A stretch of 64,000 bases of DNA from Intoshia linei (lineage: Eukaryota; Animalia; Orthonectida). The notes under the pieces were generated by a model. The model was not told the origin of the DNA. It ran no database searches and worked only from the letters and a program-made list of their open reading frames with translations. The stretch lies in contig LWCA01000057.1 of the NCBI GenBank assembly GCA_001642005.1, positions 1 to 64,000 of the forward strand, given 5' to 3'. The first letter of the stretch is position 1, and the number at the start of each line of letters is the position of its first letter. This document shows, piece after piece, positions 12,401 to 25,308 of this stretch. A program made the translations under genes and the position numbers.

Positions 12401-14480
12401 ATTTTTAATGGTCATTTTGGAAAAATGAGGATCTCGAAGAGGGTATCTGGTATATTATATTAGCTTGAGAACTTGTATTATATTGAAAATTGAAAAGAGA
12501 TTGATGGTTTTTTAATATGATTGCTAGAAAAGAAATTAAGTAATCAAATAAATTTATTTTATAAATTTAATTATATTCTTTTTTATAAATTGTAAGCTTT
12601 AATACATTGAGATTCATTTATAATGGAAATGAGTATTGACCCAAAATTAACTATTTTTCAGAGTTTGATAGTTTATGTGCAATAAACACAATCCACTTTT
12701 ATCAAAGCTTGTAGAGCAGATGTCGTCAATTTACGGTACGTACGATAATTATCGTACTTATCATAGTTAATTTTGAAAAATTTGGCAGATAATTTACAGG
12801 CAAATAAATTATCAATTTATTTATTGATAAACTCTGTAAGTTTCAAGGTTGTGTACCTTTTTAACCCATTGAAACTCTTGTTGTAAAAACAAAGTAAAAT
12901 GAACGCTCATGAAGTACTATTTTACATTTCATGACACAGTGAGTAGCAATAAGGTAATACCGGTAAGATAAAAATTGTATGTTATACACTCCACGGTAAA
13001 AAACACAATGTACCGATATTTTTTAAAAATAAAATCTGCTCTAGAACTTAAAAAAACATGAATTCTGGAATTCTGGGACGCACTTTAAAATTAAAATCAT
13101 TATTATTGTAAATCTCAGCTTCAGAGACGTATATCTTTATGGTATAAACCCCAAATTACCCTTTTTTTAAAAATGTCATAAAATTTTATAAAACATTAAT
13201 TCTAGGGTACTTTTTAAAATAATGAGCATTATCAAAATTTATAACATCAAAACCATAGATTACTCATTTCATAAAAATTAAAAGTCTTTAGAATTTAAAA
13301 AAGTTTATTCTGATACAATTTTATTCTAAATTTATTCCAGTTGATCTGTGTAACAATAATATAAAATTACATTCGTTTTTAACAGGACCGTGAACAGAAA
13401 ATATTAGGTTCGAGAGATATCAACTAGAATAAGCTCTATCAGATTAAGCTTTTTTTTAATTTTCGGACAGTTAATTATTTCACATTTTTGGTTTTAATAA
13501 AATATTTCGGAAAAAAATATATGAATACTAAAATGCTTTTTTGACCGTGAAGGCGTCACTTATTCAGATTTAAAAATTTTGTGTGTGTTAACAGGATACA
13601 ACTATACCACCTGTAATTTTTTATAAATTCTAGAGCTGTTTTCATTAAAAAAGGAGTAATTGGTGGTTTCGGCCCTTAAGAAGTATTGTACATGTACAAA
13701 TTAGTCAGTTAAAAATACATGTCTGTTTATTATGTCTGTTTATTTTTCCATTTATTTGTTACCATTTATTTAAGAAAGCAATGTGCCAGAGTTTTAAGTT
13801 TTCCAGGGTAAATTTTTATCGCAAATTCCATTTTCAGAAATTCAGTTCTTTAAGGTCAAAAAGCTCAATTATCCTTTTTGTATATTCAATCGAGTTTTAG
13901 AATTATAAAAAATCTAATAATGATTTTAAAATCATCAACATTATGATACATTTCAGTTTCAAAATCTTATATCTTATATATCTTCACGACCAAAACCACA
14001 AATTACCTTTTTTTAAAAAATGTAAATATTAATCTACAATTTGAAAAAAATGTGCATTGAACGTATACACCAGGGATTCTCAATCTGGACGATATCGCTC
14101 ATTTAGGGTGATTTTTTTTCAGAGTAATCTTATTTTCAAATTGATATTATAATTTTCTCATATTAAAAACATTAAATTGTGTTGATTTTGATATTTTAGA
14201 CATAATTTTGAGATTATAGTTTTGATTCGTTTCTATTTCATTTTGCGAAATCACATAAAAATACTGTTATTATGAGAAAAAGTAAGTAAAGTTCACAAGC
14301 AAGCAATTTGTTAAAACTGTTAAAATTTTAAAAATTCGGTTAAATATACTGTATCATAAATTATTATAATGCACAAAAGTATTAGTTTAAACATTTTTGC
14401 TAGTTTATAATTATTAAGGAACCCATGATAAATTTTTTTGGAAGGGCGATAATCTTGAAAAAATATTAGTTTTTTAATTT
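9440..14480. repeat. TE-dense intergenic block (Helitron fragments in both orientations, MITE remnants)
   Basis: Recurrent Helitron internal blocks (gtgacgccttcacggt, aaatctacgcattc, tgaacgtctacac). A minus copy spans ~11290-12227 and includes a 5' end (ttatataagtaaagga). No credible ORF. Confidence 0.7.
10248..10965. mobile_element. hAT-type MITE (cagtggcggatct family) containing a Helitron 5' fragment
   Basis: Starts cagtggcggatctaagattttcagcc and has a perfect 8-bp TSD ttactgac. A Helitron 5' piece lies at ~10363-10680. Related copies are at ~38480-38910 and 52688-52921. Confidence 0.75.
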
Positions 14481-14962
14481 AGGTAGTGTGTCCAATGTAC
14501 ATTGTCCATAAGTACTTATTTTTTCAGAAAATTTCACAACTGCATTCACGGATACGGTTGGCATTTTATTTCTATTTACAAATGTATATTCGTTATTTCA
14601 AATAACATACAATATGTAGTTATGTATTTACATGGTTAGATGTTACATGTATGCTAAAGTTTTAAGAAAAAATTCACGTTTACCAATCCTAAAAAATTAA
14701 ATTTTATTAACACTTTAGTGCACTGACTCAATTTCTAACGAATTTCAATTTCAAATTTGAGAAAACACTCTCCAAGATCATAACTTAACTTTTCAACAAA
14801 TAAATTTAATTGTCGGAAATTTGATATAATAAAATTCATTCATCGTGACATTTTAAATTTCTTTCGTTCCTACAAATATAAAAAATATTTTATGGTAACT
14901 CAAGTACAATGTCTATTAAAATTTTTAAATAATGACAACAATGAACAAATATATAGTACAAA

Positions 14963-17900
14963 TTAATTTTTCTCAACAAATTCTTTGTGCAATAAAACAA
15001 TACGATCAACAGATGAAGAATCTGCTAATGTTGTCACGTCTCCCAACTTGTTGTATTTTCCTTGTACTACTTTTTTTAAAATTCGACGCATTATTTTGCC
15101 TGATCTTGTTTTTGGCAGTGTTTCAGTTATCTAAATAAAATCAAATACATACTTGATCAATGATCAATAATAATATTTAATATAAATTACACTATAAATA
15201 TATCATTAAACTACGTTATAATATGGGTCATGTCTAGTCCGTAAAAAACCCTTCAATGTACGTAAAAAACCGTAAAAAATGTTATTTTATGACCCAAAAT
15301 ATAATCAAACGAATTAAACTGCCAATTATAACTTGTTTTTGATATTATTTAAAAATATTTTAACATTAATGCCCGTATCCGTATTTTCTTGTCAGCTCCG
15401 ATATGGGACATATCTAGTGTTGGCAACCGCCGTTTAAAAAATTAATGTTCCTTAATTATAAAAATTTTCAAAAATATTTATTCATTATTATTTAGAGAGT
15501 ATTTAACTTTTATTAACTCTTTAATATGTAAAGAGAATACAATTTTAAAAAACTTCATCAATCATGATTATTAACTCTTAGATGCCAAAACCACACTGGT
15601 GTCTATATATTTTTCCAAATTCGTATTCAAAAATGTCATCAAATTGACATATATTCTTATACTAATCCCTATAATTGTAAAGTCATCATAAATAATGTAA
15701 CTTAATAAAAATTAACATGTTGAAATTTCTATGAACCCTTTGGGAAGCGTTGTTTCAAGTACTTAAATCCATTTATGTGGTTTCAATGAAACCAGAAAAC
15801 ATACCAGAATATGATGAGGGACAGCAAACGATGCAATGTTCTTTTTGACACTATCCTTTAATTGCTGAATAATTTTATCGCTAGACATGGAAACATTTTC
15901 TTTCAGAATCACAAATGCAAACATTGCCTCTCCCTTTATTTCATGTGGATATCCAACGACAGCAGATTCACAGACACTAGAATGTTGATTCTGTGACCAA
16001 ATATATTAAATAATAATAAAAATTTTACAATGGCATCTTCAACTTCTGCGGTTCCTAATCTGTGTCCACTGATATTAATAATATCGTCATTACGACCGTT
16101 AATCAAAATGTATTTGTTTCCATCTTGTGTAGCACTATCCCCCGACAAGTAAAAACCTGGATATTTTGAGAAATAAACATCCATATATCTTTGCCTATTT
16201 CCCCATACTGCGCGGCAAATACCTGGCCACGGCTTTTCAATGCACAGAGAACCTGATTTTAACAATTCAGTACATGTACCCTAAAACTTATTTATTTCAA
16301 GGATACCAAAAATAATTACATTTTCATCGAATATGACAGGTTTGATTCCGAAAAATCCTCGCATAGGATGAGCTACTTTTATTTGTGAATCCAACTCGGC
16401 AGGTCTAGGGCTAATCATCATACCGCCAGTTTCTAAATTTGCATAAAAACATCATAATAATTCAACCTGTTTGCCACCATGTATCACAAATGGCCAATTT
16501 TGAATTTCCTACATTTTTAAAATACCATAACCAGGCTTCCGAATTAAGAGGCTCACCAACTAAAATTATTCATAGAGATAATTGTTAAATTAATTATGAT
16601 ATACAATATACAAGTTATTAATAATTGAAAAAAAATACCACATCCAAGACATTTTAAGGATGATAAATCATAATTAGAAACAAAAGACTCTTCGTGTCTC
16701 AACAATCCTCGTAATGCTGTAGGGGAGACGTAGATTTGATTAATTTTTAATCTTTGTACTGTTTCCCAATATCGACCTAATAACAATGTTAGCACTCACG
16801 TCTTTATCAATGTTACCGGGATCAGGATAAACTGGTGTACTTTCAAAAATAACCGAAGTTGCTCCATTGCAAAGAGGACCATAAACAACATATGAATGCC
16901 CAGTTATCCAGCCTATATCTGCCATACAAGCGTAAATTTCACCCTTATTGTAATTGAAAACCATCTATATTAAATTACAATTGTAACATTAATAATATAC
17001 ACAATGTGTACCTGGTGTGTCACTGAAGCATATAAAAGATAACCAGCTTGCGTATGAACAAGCCCTTTCGGTTTCCCAGTACTTCCAGAAGTATATAGTA
17101 TAAATAAGGGATCTTCGCTGTCCATGATTTCAGGATTACACTCGTTTGAAGCTAATTCCAATTCCTATTGTAAATACACACTATTAAAATTTCAATAAAT
17201 CATACCTTATCAAATAATACGTCCAAATGAGTAGCAGTAAATGGAGAATCTGTACGATTACCAACAAATATGTTTTTTACCGATGGTGATATCTTAACAG
17301 CTTCATTCACAGTGTCTTTTAATTTGATAAGTTTAGTTCCTCGAATAAATTCATTACAAGTTACTACCGCCTTTGCATTTGCTAAATTTTTAACCGATAA
17401 ATTTTATAATTTTAAATAATACCATCATTTATTCGTGATGCTAAAGCTGTCGCGCTAAAACCCGCGAAAATAACACTGTGTATGGCTCCGATTCGCGCAC
17501 ACGCTAGCATCGTCGCTACAGCTAATGGAGTATGTGGCATGTATATTGCTATAACATCACCCTTTTTAATATCATATTTTCTGAAAACATTTCCAATCTT
17601 ACATGTTAATACAAGCAGCTCTCTAATATAATGAAATTATATAATATTTACAAAGTTTTGTTTCAATCATCTTAAATTTGTAAGTTTTTTAAAAATCAAC
17701 AATTAAAAATAAATAAAAAAAGCAGGATCAATTGATGGGACTGAAATCCAGATTTTTGTATTTCAAATATGCACAACTTCAATTCTCATATTTGTAAAAT
17801 TGTAAGACTCCTTTAAAAATAAATAAATAATAAATAAAAAAAGGGTAAATTAAAAAATTTAAAAATTTTTTTTTTATTCTAATAAAAAAGGGAATCTGGG

Positions 17901-19073
17901 GTTTTGATTATGAAGATGTAAGTTTTTGAAGATCCAATCTACGATAATGCTCATATTTTAAAAACAGTCAATAATTTATTTGTATATAAATTTATTGTAA
18001 TATTTATATTTATATATATATATATATAATATTTATAGAATAATATTATTGTATATACATTAATATTTATTGTTTTTAAAATTAGGGTTACTAACATTAA
18101 GTTATCCTCAACCCGAATTTTTGGGCTAAAATTAAAATTTTGCTGAAACGCAGCGAAGCGTGTTATTTTTAATTTTATTTAAAAAATTTTTTGGGAAGCC
18201 CTACTTTAACTTTGGGGTCTCTTTTTCAAAAAATAATAACAGTTTACACACAATTTTTATTGCAAATTTCAAAATGTATACTTTAAATTTTTATTATAAG
18301 TCTAATGTGATGATTTTGATTGAAATAATTAAATTACCCTGAGAAATATTACTTAACCCTGATCCCTGAGTTGAATTTAAAAACCCGAAGTCTTATGGGG
18401 AAAATAGGGCAGTTGGCAACCCTATTTAAAATTTATTTAATTTTTAATAAAAGGTAATTTGTAGTTTTTAAGTTGGCAATGAGTGATATATAATGACTGA
18501 CAATTTGTGTTTTTGAAATTGCTAAGACTCAGTAAATGTAAATATTATAAATGGATTAATCGATTAATAATAATGGTAATTAGAACACTATATTATAATG
18601 TTATATTAGTTCAATTACTTGTATGAATAGTGTTCTTGTTGACCAGGTTCATTTTTATCCCAAATCAAAGCCGTATCATCAGGACGAGTTTTTATATGAC
18701 GGTCCAAACAGTTAACTAAACATAGTTAAAAAAAAATAATAATTTAAAACATTAACCTGAAACATTAATTTTTCCCTTCAAGAACCATTTAATATCTCCC
18801 TGTTTGAAAGATCCGGTAGATATTTCATTATATGGACTATACCACGCTAACCTTGACTTTGCCAATGTCGACCAAAAATCGTGGTTATGATCCAAACTAT
18901 ATTGATGTAATTGTTGATAGAAACTTAAATTTTTATATTTATCTAAAAAAATAAAATTTCTGCACCTTATAACCTTTAGTACCTTCAAACTTGAAATTTT
19001 CAAATTCTGGAAAAGGGCATGATAATTCTCTTTTCCCATCCTCAGGTTTGACATAATCCACAACTTTGTACAT
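14963..19073 (-). CDS. ACSS1: Acetyl-CoA synthetase, ACSS1-like, multi-exon
   Basis: Motifs [73 protein letters not shown], and last exon (14963-15130) [14 protein letters not shown]. The [16 protein letters not shown] and FAVP segments resemble ACSS1 more than ACSS2. ATG at 19073. Confidence 0.92.
18083..18424 (-). mobile_element. hAT MITE (cagggttgcca family) in ACSS intron
   Basis: Ends tagggttactaa / ttggcaacccta with a perfect TSD tttaaaat. It is an inverted homologue of 20742-21233. Confidence 0.8.
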
Positions 19074-20300
19074 TTTAAAACGTGTATATTCTCTCGAGTT
19101 TTGTTTTAAAAATTTAAAGTTATATAATGAATCTAGTATACGTCTAAAAATATAAATACGTAAATATTTTTAAACCTAGGTTTATGTGAATGGCAAACTT
19201 GAATGTAAACTATCTAGAGTGAATTTAAGTTTCGTTTATTGATTATATATAACCTTTACACTACGTATTATACTCTGCATCATAAATATTACGTGTATAG
19301 TAAATATTACCGTTACAATTAAAACTTGCAGTGTCGTTTGTAAAATTAATTTTAAAAGTTACATTATTTTGTAATGTATACATTAGATTATTACGCCATT
19401 ATTTCAAGAACAAGGTCACCTATTTACGTAAAAATTTGCCTAGTATTACGTTTTTATTTTAAAACTAGTTTGGCCACTTTTTTAAAGTTCAATTTTTAAA
19501 ATGATGATAAAATGGACTATTCATCTAAATTTTAGATCAACTTTTAGATTTTAAAAGTTAAATGTATAATTATAATTATAGTAAATACGGCGACATTGAA
19601 ATATCCTAATGCAATTCAATTCAATCCCAATACGATATTTAATCCCAAAACGATATGAGAGAGCAATGAGCACCTAATTGAGTTATTCATACAGGTTAAA
19701 TAATTTTTGTCAATCAATTGTATCAATTATAGTAGTAATAATAATAAGTATAGTAGTAATTATAGTATCAATTATAATTGATAGTTATTAAATTATCAAT
19801 ATAAACGACTGACAACGAACATTAAAAACTGGTTACTAATTAATTTAACAACTACAATACTTATTAATTATTTATCTCTAGGAATAAATAAAATCATGTA
19901 GTTTTATAAACATTTATTCACATAAAATGGCATAAAAAGAGTTCAGTCGCCTATTACCTAATTATCATGTTATATTGACTAAAATCCTTATCTCGCAATG
20001 TTCCCAAAATGGAACACATATTTCAGATATTGTTTGCAGTACATTGTTAATTGTTTACTATAACATATATTACACCTTAGCAAATCAATATCACATTTAT
20101 ATTATTATTTATCATCACGGAGAAAAGGTATTCAGAGAATCATGAATATTAAAAGATTTTAGTCCCATTTTCAATTTGAAATTTAAAGATTTTGTTTTAT
20201 AATTAGAAAGTTTGATTTGTAGTTTTGTTTGTAGTTTGGTAGTTTGTTTTATTTTATAGGAAGTATATTTTATATCTTTAGTAAAGATTTCTTACTTATA

Positions 20301-21640
20301 CATATAGCTGTTTTAAGGTATGGGCAATATGGGCTGTAGCTCAGGGCCACTCATTAAAAAAGGTCTTCAAATTAATAAAAGTACTCTACATTTATACATG
20401 TATCTTAAAAAGAGGCTCCAATTTATTAAAAAATACTTTACATTTATATCTTAAGAAACAGTTTATAAGTGTGGGAATTCAAATAGCTAGAAAGAAAATA
20501 GTTTAAAGAATTAAAGTTCTGGTTATTCAATTTAAAATATATTTTACAATGTTCATCATATAATATTGACATAAAAACTGTTTCAAATGATAATATTAAA
20601 CATTAAAACCTTTCTATATAGTGAATATTCAAAAAAAAAGTAGGAATTCTTTTATTAAATTTCAATAGTTCATACAATCAAACTTTCATGATATTGATGA
20701 TAATTAACAATTATTGTAAATCATACAGAATCAATTTTATTCAGGGTTGCCAACTGCGTTATTTCCCCCTTGAGAATTCGGGTTTTCAAATTTAACTCAT
20801 GGCTCAGGGGTAAGTGATATTTCTCAGGGTAATTTAATTATTTCAATAAAAATCATCAGATCAGACATATTTGATTTATATTCTATAATTTTTTTTTCTA
20901 TGGTGAAAAAATCTTAGTGTTAGCAGTTAATTTTATTCCATTACTTAGTGACACCCATATTTTGTTTTTTTTCTCTTAAGTATTCATCATGAAGTCATTT
21001 TGAAATGTGCTATTTGCTATTTGTTATGAAAAATTTAAAGTATTCATTTTGAAATTTGTAATAAAAATTGTGTGTAAACTGTTATTATTTTTTGAAAAAA
21101 AGACACCCCATAGTAAAAGAGGGTCCCAAAAAATTATTTTGCTTATGGCGAAATTGCATAACACGCTGCGATTCACTATATGGCGCTTCGCTCAAAAATT
21201 CGCGTTGAGAATAATTTAATATTGGTAACTCTGATTTTATTTCAACTATTATTAGTATTATTATTATTGAATTTTTCTTTTGTATTGTTTAGGTATTATT
21301 GTATTTAGCTAACTTTATTTCTTTAACTTGATACACATTTCTATAACTTGGAAAAAATAAAACTTGGAATCAATAGAAAAATTTAAGGTGAAAAAACGTT
21401 TTCTAAACTAAAAATAATTAAGAATGAACTTTGAAATTGCTTAGCTCAACCTCGTTTGAATGCGCTTTCCTTAATGTCAATTGAGAATGATATCAGTTTT
21501 GATAATATCATATCTGATTTCTCTCAGAAAAAAGTGAGAAAACAAAATTTAATTTATGAAGAATTGTCAAGAATTTTTTGTGACTGCATGGTGCATATTT
21601 TCAAATGAAAAAGTAAACTTTTATCATTAATTAAGTAAGT
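20301..21640 (+). mobile_element. Non-autonomous hAT derivative carrying a transposase C-terminal remnant
   Basis: 21406-21545 reads KLKIIKNEL*NCLAQPRLNALSLMSIENDISFDNIISDFSQKKVRK, a hAT dimerisation-type tail. A near-identical inverted copy lies at ~46800-47010. Boundaries are approximate. Confidence 0.6.
20742..21233 (+). mobile_element. hAT MITE (cagggttgcca family), nested
   Basis: Ends cagggttgccaa / ttggtaactctg with a perfect TSD attttatt. Confidence 0.82.
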
Positions 21641-21689
21641 TTTTGTAAAAGAAATAAAAGTTACTAGAAACCTATATAATATATTTTTA

Positions 21690-22831
21690 AAAATCTCAAT
21701 TTACCCTTTTTTTATGAAAACAGTTGTAGAATTTAAAAAAATTACAGGTGGTACAGTTGTATCCTGTTAACACATACAAAAAATTTCAATCTGAATAAGT
21801 GACGACTTCATGGTCAAAAAAGCATTTTAGTATTCATATATTTTTTTCTGAAATATTTTATTAACAATATAAAACAAAAAATGTGAAATAATTAATGGTC
21901 CGAAAATTTAAAAAAAATATTATTCTGATAGAGATTATTCCAGTTGATATAAATACAAAATTTCAACCCTAGAAATCTACGCATTCCCGGTCACAAATAA
22001 TTTTTAATATATTATCAACCAATATTTTTCAAATATTTCGAATTAACATAAAAATTGAAAATGTAAATATTGATCCTACAATTTTAAAAAAACTTTGCAT
22101 TGAACGTCTACACATTTCCAATAAATAAATATGGGTGAAAATCTATATAATTCATTCCTTCGGAATTTTTTTTCATTGCTACGCAATTTTTAAATCTCAA
22201 ATTCTCATTTTCAAAACATTTTGTTTAAAATTTAAATTAAACCTACAACAACGATTACTAAAAGTAATAAATTATAATCATTTATTATTATCATTTTTAT
22301 AATTATTACAATCCTTTGCAATTTTGGTAAAATTCGACTGAAATATTTTTATAAAGTGAAGATTCGGTTAATTATTGATACATAATTGGTATGTTTAAGT
22401 ATTTATTAAATTGGTACTGAATATATATCATGATATTGAAAATGACAAAATAGGTTTTTATAATTTTTTTTTCTGGAATTTATGCTATTTATGACAATTT
22501 TTAGGATATGACTGTTTTGACTTTATTTTTAATATTATACACACATTTTGTCTAATAAATTAAAAAAATGGGATAAAAATTGTTTTTAAAATTCTTTACG
22601 CAAATATTAAAAAAATTAAAATGGAATATTCACTTTAAAGTAAAAAGTAATGTGATATGATGGTTTCACCTGAAACAAATTTTGGGACCACTCTTTTAAG
22701 GTATTGATAATAGTGAATAATAGGATTTTTAAGTTAGATTTTCAACGTTAATTTATTTTTTTGGTATAATAAAAATGTGCCCTCGGCAGAGCTAAGTGCT
22801 GTTTGTACGTAGTACATTACAGTCAACCTAG
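21690..22831 (+). mobile_element. Helitron-like element, 3' ~1.1 kb
   Basis: Ends in a hairpin ctgtttgtac-gta-gtacattacag followed by tcaacCTAG|T (22828-22831). Confidence 0.75.
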
Positions 22832-23545
22832 TGTATTTTATAAAAACAAAAATTTGCAATAATGAATGGTCCTAAAATTTAAAAAAAGATTATTCTTATA
22901 AAGCTTATTCCATTTGATATATAGATACAAAATTTTAATCTCAGATATCTACGCTTTTGTATCTATATCGACTGGATATTAATATTAATTAATTTATATT
23001 ACATTAATTGCTTTGAAAAGGAAATGGCATACATTTTTGAATAATGATAGAAAATGTGTGATATAGTTAATACTGCAAATGATTCATTGCGACTAATCAA
23101 CCGATCAGATCGTCAAATCAAAATCAATTAAAATAATTCACAAATGTATAACCTATTTGATACGGCTTTTTAAATTAATTTAAATTTTGCAGTATTTTAT
23201 TATGCACAACTTATCCCTGGTATGGTTTACTTTGTAAAATTCTCAAAATTTATAAACATATTTTATATGGGTTTATAACTTTGATACAACTTGAAAAAAT
23301 TTGATAAAGTTGTACAGTACCTTTATAAATGTGTAAATAATTTATTATTTTCTAATAAAAATTAATAATTAGAAATTGAATAAATTACCAAGATAAAGTT
23401 GTAATAGTATTGTGTTTGAATATTAAATAAGTATTGTACAAATTTGTCTTGGAAATGAAATATTTTTGTAAATTACGTTACGTAATTTCATGCATCAATA
23501 CAATCAATTGATCATTTATCTAATATACTTAACTATGCAAATTTA

Positions 23546-25308
23546 ATGGGGAATTCAATAAAGTTTCACAAAAAAAAATGTTCTATGTTAATAAGAAATG
23601 TTATATCTAAGTATTTCCTACAATAAACTAAAGAGGATATGCTCAATGAACCTTTATCTGTAATAGTTGACGAGTCCACTGATGTTTCTTGTGATAAGCA
23701 TATGTATTTTGTGGTACGATATTTTAGTAAAAGGCACAATACTATTGTGAGTAGATTTATCGGATTAGTAAAAGTTGATAGAACGGACGCTCAGACTTTA
23801 TACAATGTAGTATTAAAATTTTTCAGTGATATATCGATAAACATTAAATTATGTTCTGCGATTGGTACTTATGGAACAAATAACCTTTGTGGTACTCATA
23901 ACTCATTGTATTCTAAACTAAAAACCCTTATACCTAATATTATATTGGTGAAATGTATCAGCCATTCACTTCATTTGGCCTGCTCGTACGCCTTTCATAT
24001 TCTTCTTGATAGCATAGATATTTTAATAAGAGACACATATTCTTTTTTGAGTAAATCACCTCTTAGACTTGAAGAATATAGAAATTTGTACAAAATTATA
24101 AATAATGAACGATCACCTCCTAAGTTTATACCTATCAGCGCTACTAGATGGTTAGAAGTAGGTCCTTGTCTGTGATAATAAATCAATGGAATGAAATTAA
24201 ATGCTTTCTCGATTTGTACATTAATAATTCGGAGAGGAACACAACCAAAGCGCAAAATATATTTAATTTATATACTATTAAAAATTTGATGTACCTAAAA
24301 TTTGCCGCTCCAATTTTACGTTCTTTTGAAATTATGAACGCAAAATTTCAATCCGATACTGCTGATCATGCAAAGCTACTTTGGGAATTGAAAGTTTTTA
24401 CTCAGTCAATATTGTCAAGAGTGTCAAATGATCTAATTACCTGTGAAACTATATCGTATAGTAAAGAGCCAATAGATATTGGAATTGATTGTGAACAATA
24501 TATGTTTAATCTCAATTTATCTGAATGAAATAAAAATGATGCGTTGTGTCTGATGAAAAGTTTTTTGATTAAATGTTTTACGGAACTGATAAAAAGAACA
24601 AATATTAACATTGAGGTTTTAAACAAGGTTAAATATATTTCTCCAATCAATATATTAATGGAAAATAGTCGTTTTGATAATTTTCCTATAGAGTTGGCAG
24701 AAAATCCTCAAGATGTTCAGGATGAATGGAGAATATTTAATTTAACAGACTTTAATGAATATTTTAATAATTCCATACCAAATAAGTCTCTCGAATTTTG
24801 GGTTTCAATATATCATTATAAGGATTCTGTTGGTAATCATTGCTTCAGAAATATTTCCAAGTTTGCTCTGAAATTATTGTGTTTACCAATCGGCAATGCC
24901 ACCGTAGAGCGGGTATTCTCAAAGGTTAGCTACATTAAGTGTCCACGGAGAAACAGAATGGGAATTGAAATGTTAATATCTCTGATTACAATAAAAAAAC
25001 AATTTGGAAAGTTTAGGACCAACTTGTGATAATTATCAACCTCCAAAGGGAATGGCTAATTATGATTCATCAATATATGATAATGAAAGGAATCAATCTA
25101 ATGATCCCGACTCAGAAATTGATTATAACCATAATTATGCGTCACAATCAGATACTAAATGAATACAATTATATTTATTTATTTTTATTAATTTAATTAT
25201 TTGATTATTTTAATTTTTAAGTTTTCAATTTGAACTTTTCAACAAATAAATGTATCAAGATCTTCAATCTAATTTGCGAGAAACTGAGTTTATTTTCTGG
25301 CAACTCTG
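23546..25308 (+). pseudogene. Degenerate hAT transposase (ZNF862-like), 5' truncated, with right TIR
   Basis: Motifs SVIVDESTD, KCISHSLHLA, SATRWL and LPIGNATVERVFSKVSYIKCPRRNRM. Disruptions are a stop at ~23620, a frameshift at ~24170, TGA 24526-24528 and a frameshift at ~24995. Terminal ctggcaactctg ends at 25308. Confidence 0.9.

Noticed and set aside
24173-24528. In-frame TGA codons in the hAT transposase as possible recoding or alternative genetic code
   Set aside because: Frameshifts accompany them and all host genes read cleanly in the standard code, so this is a pseudogene.
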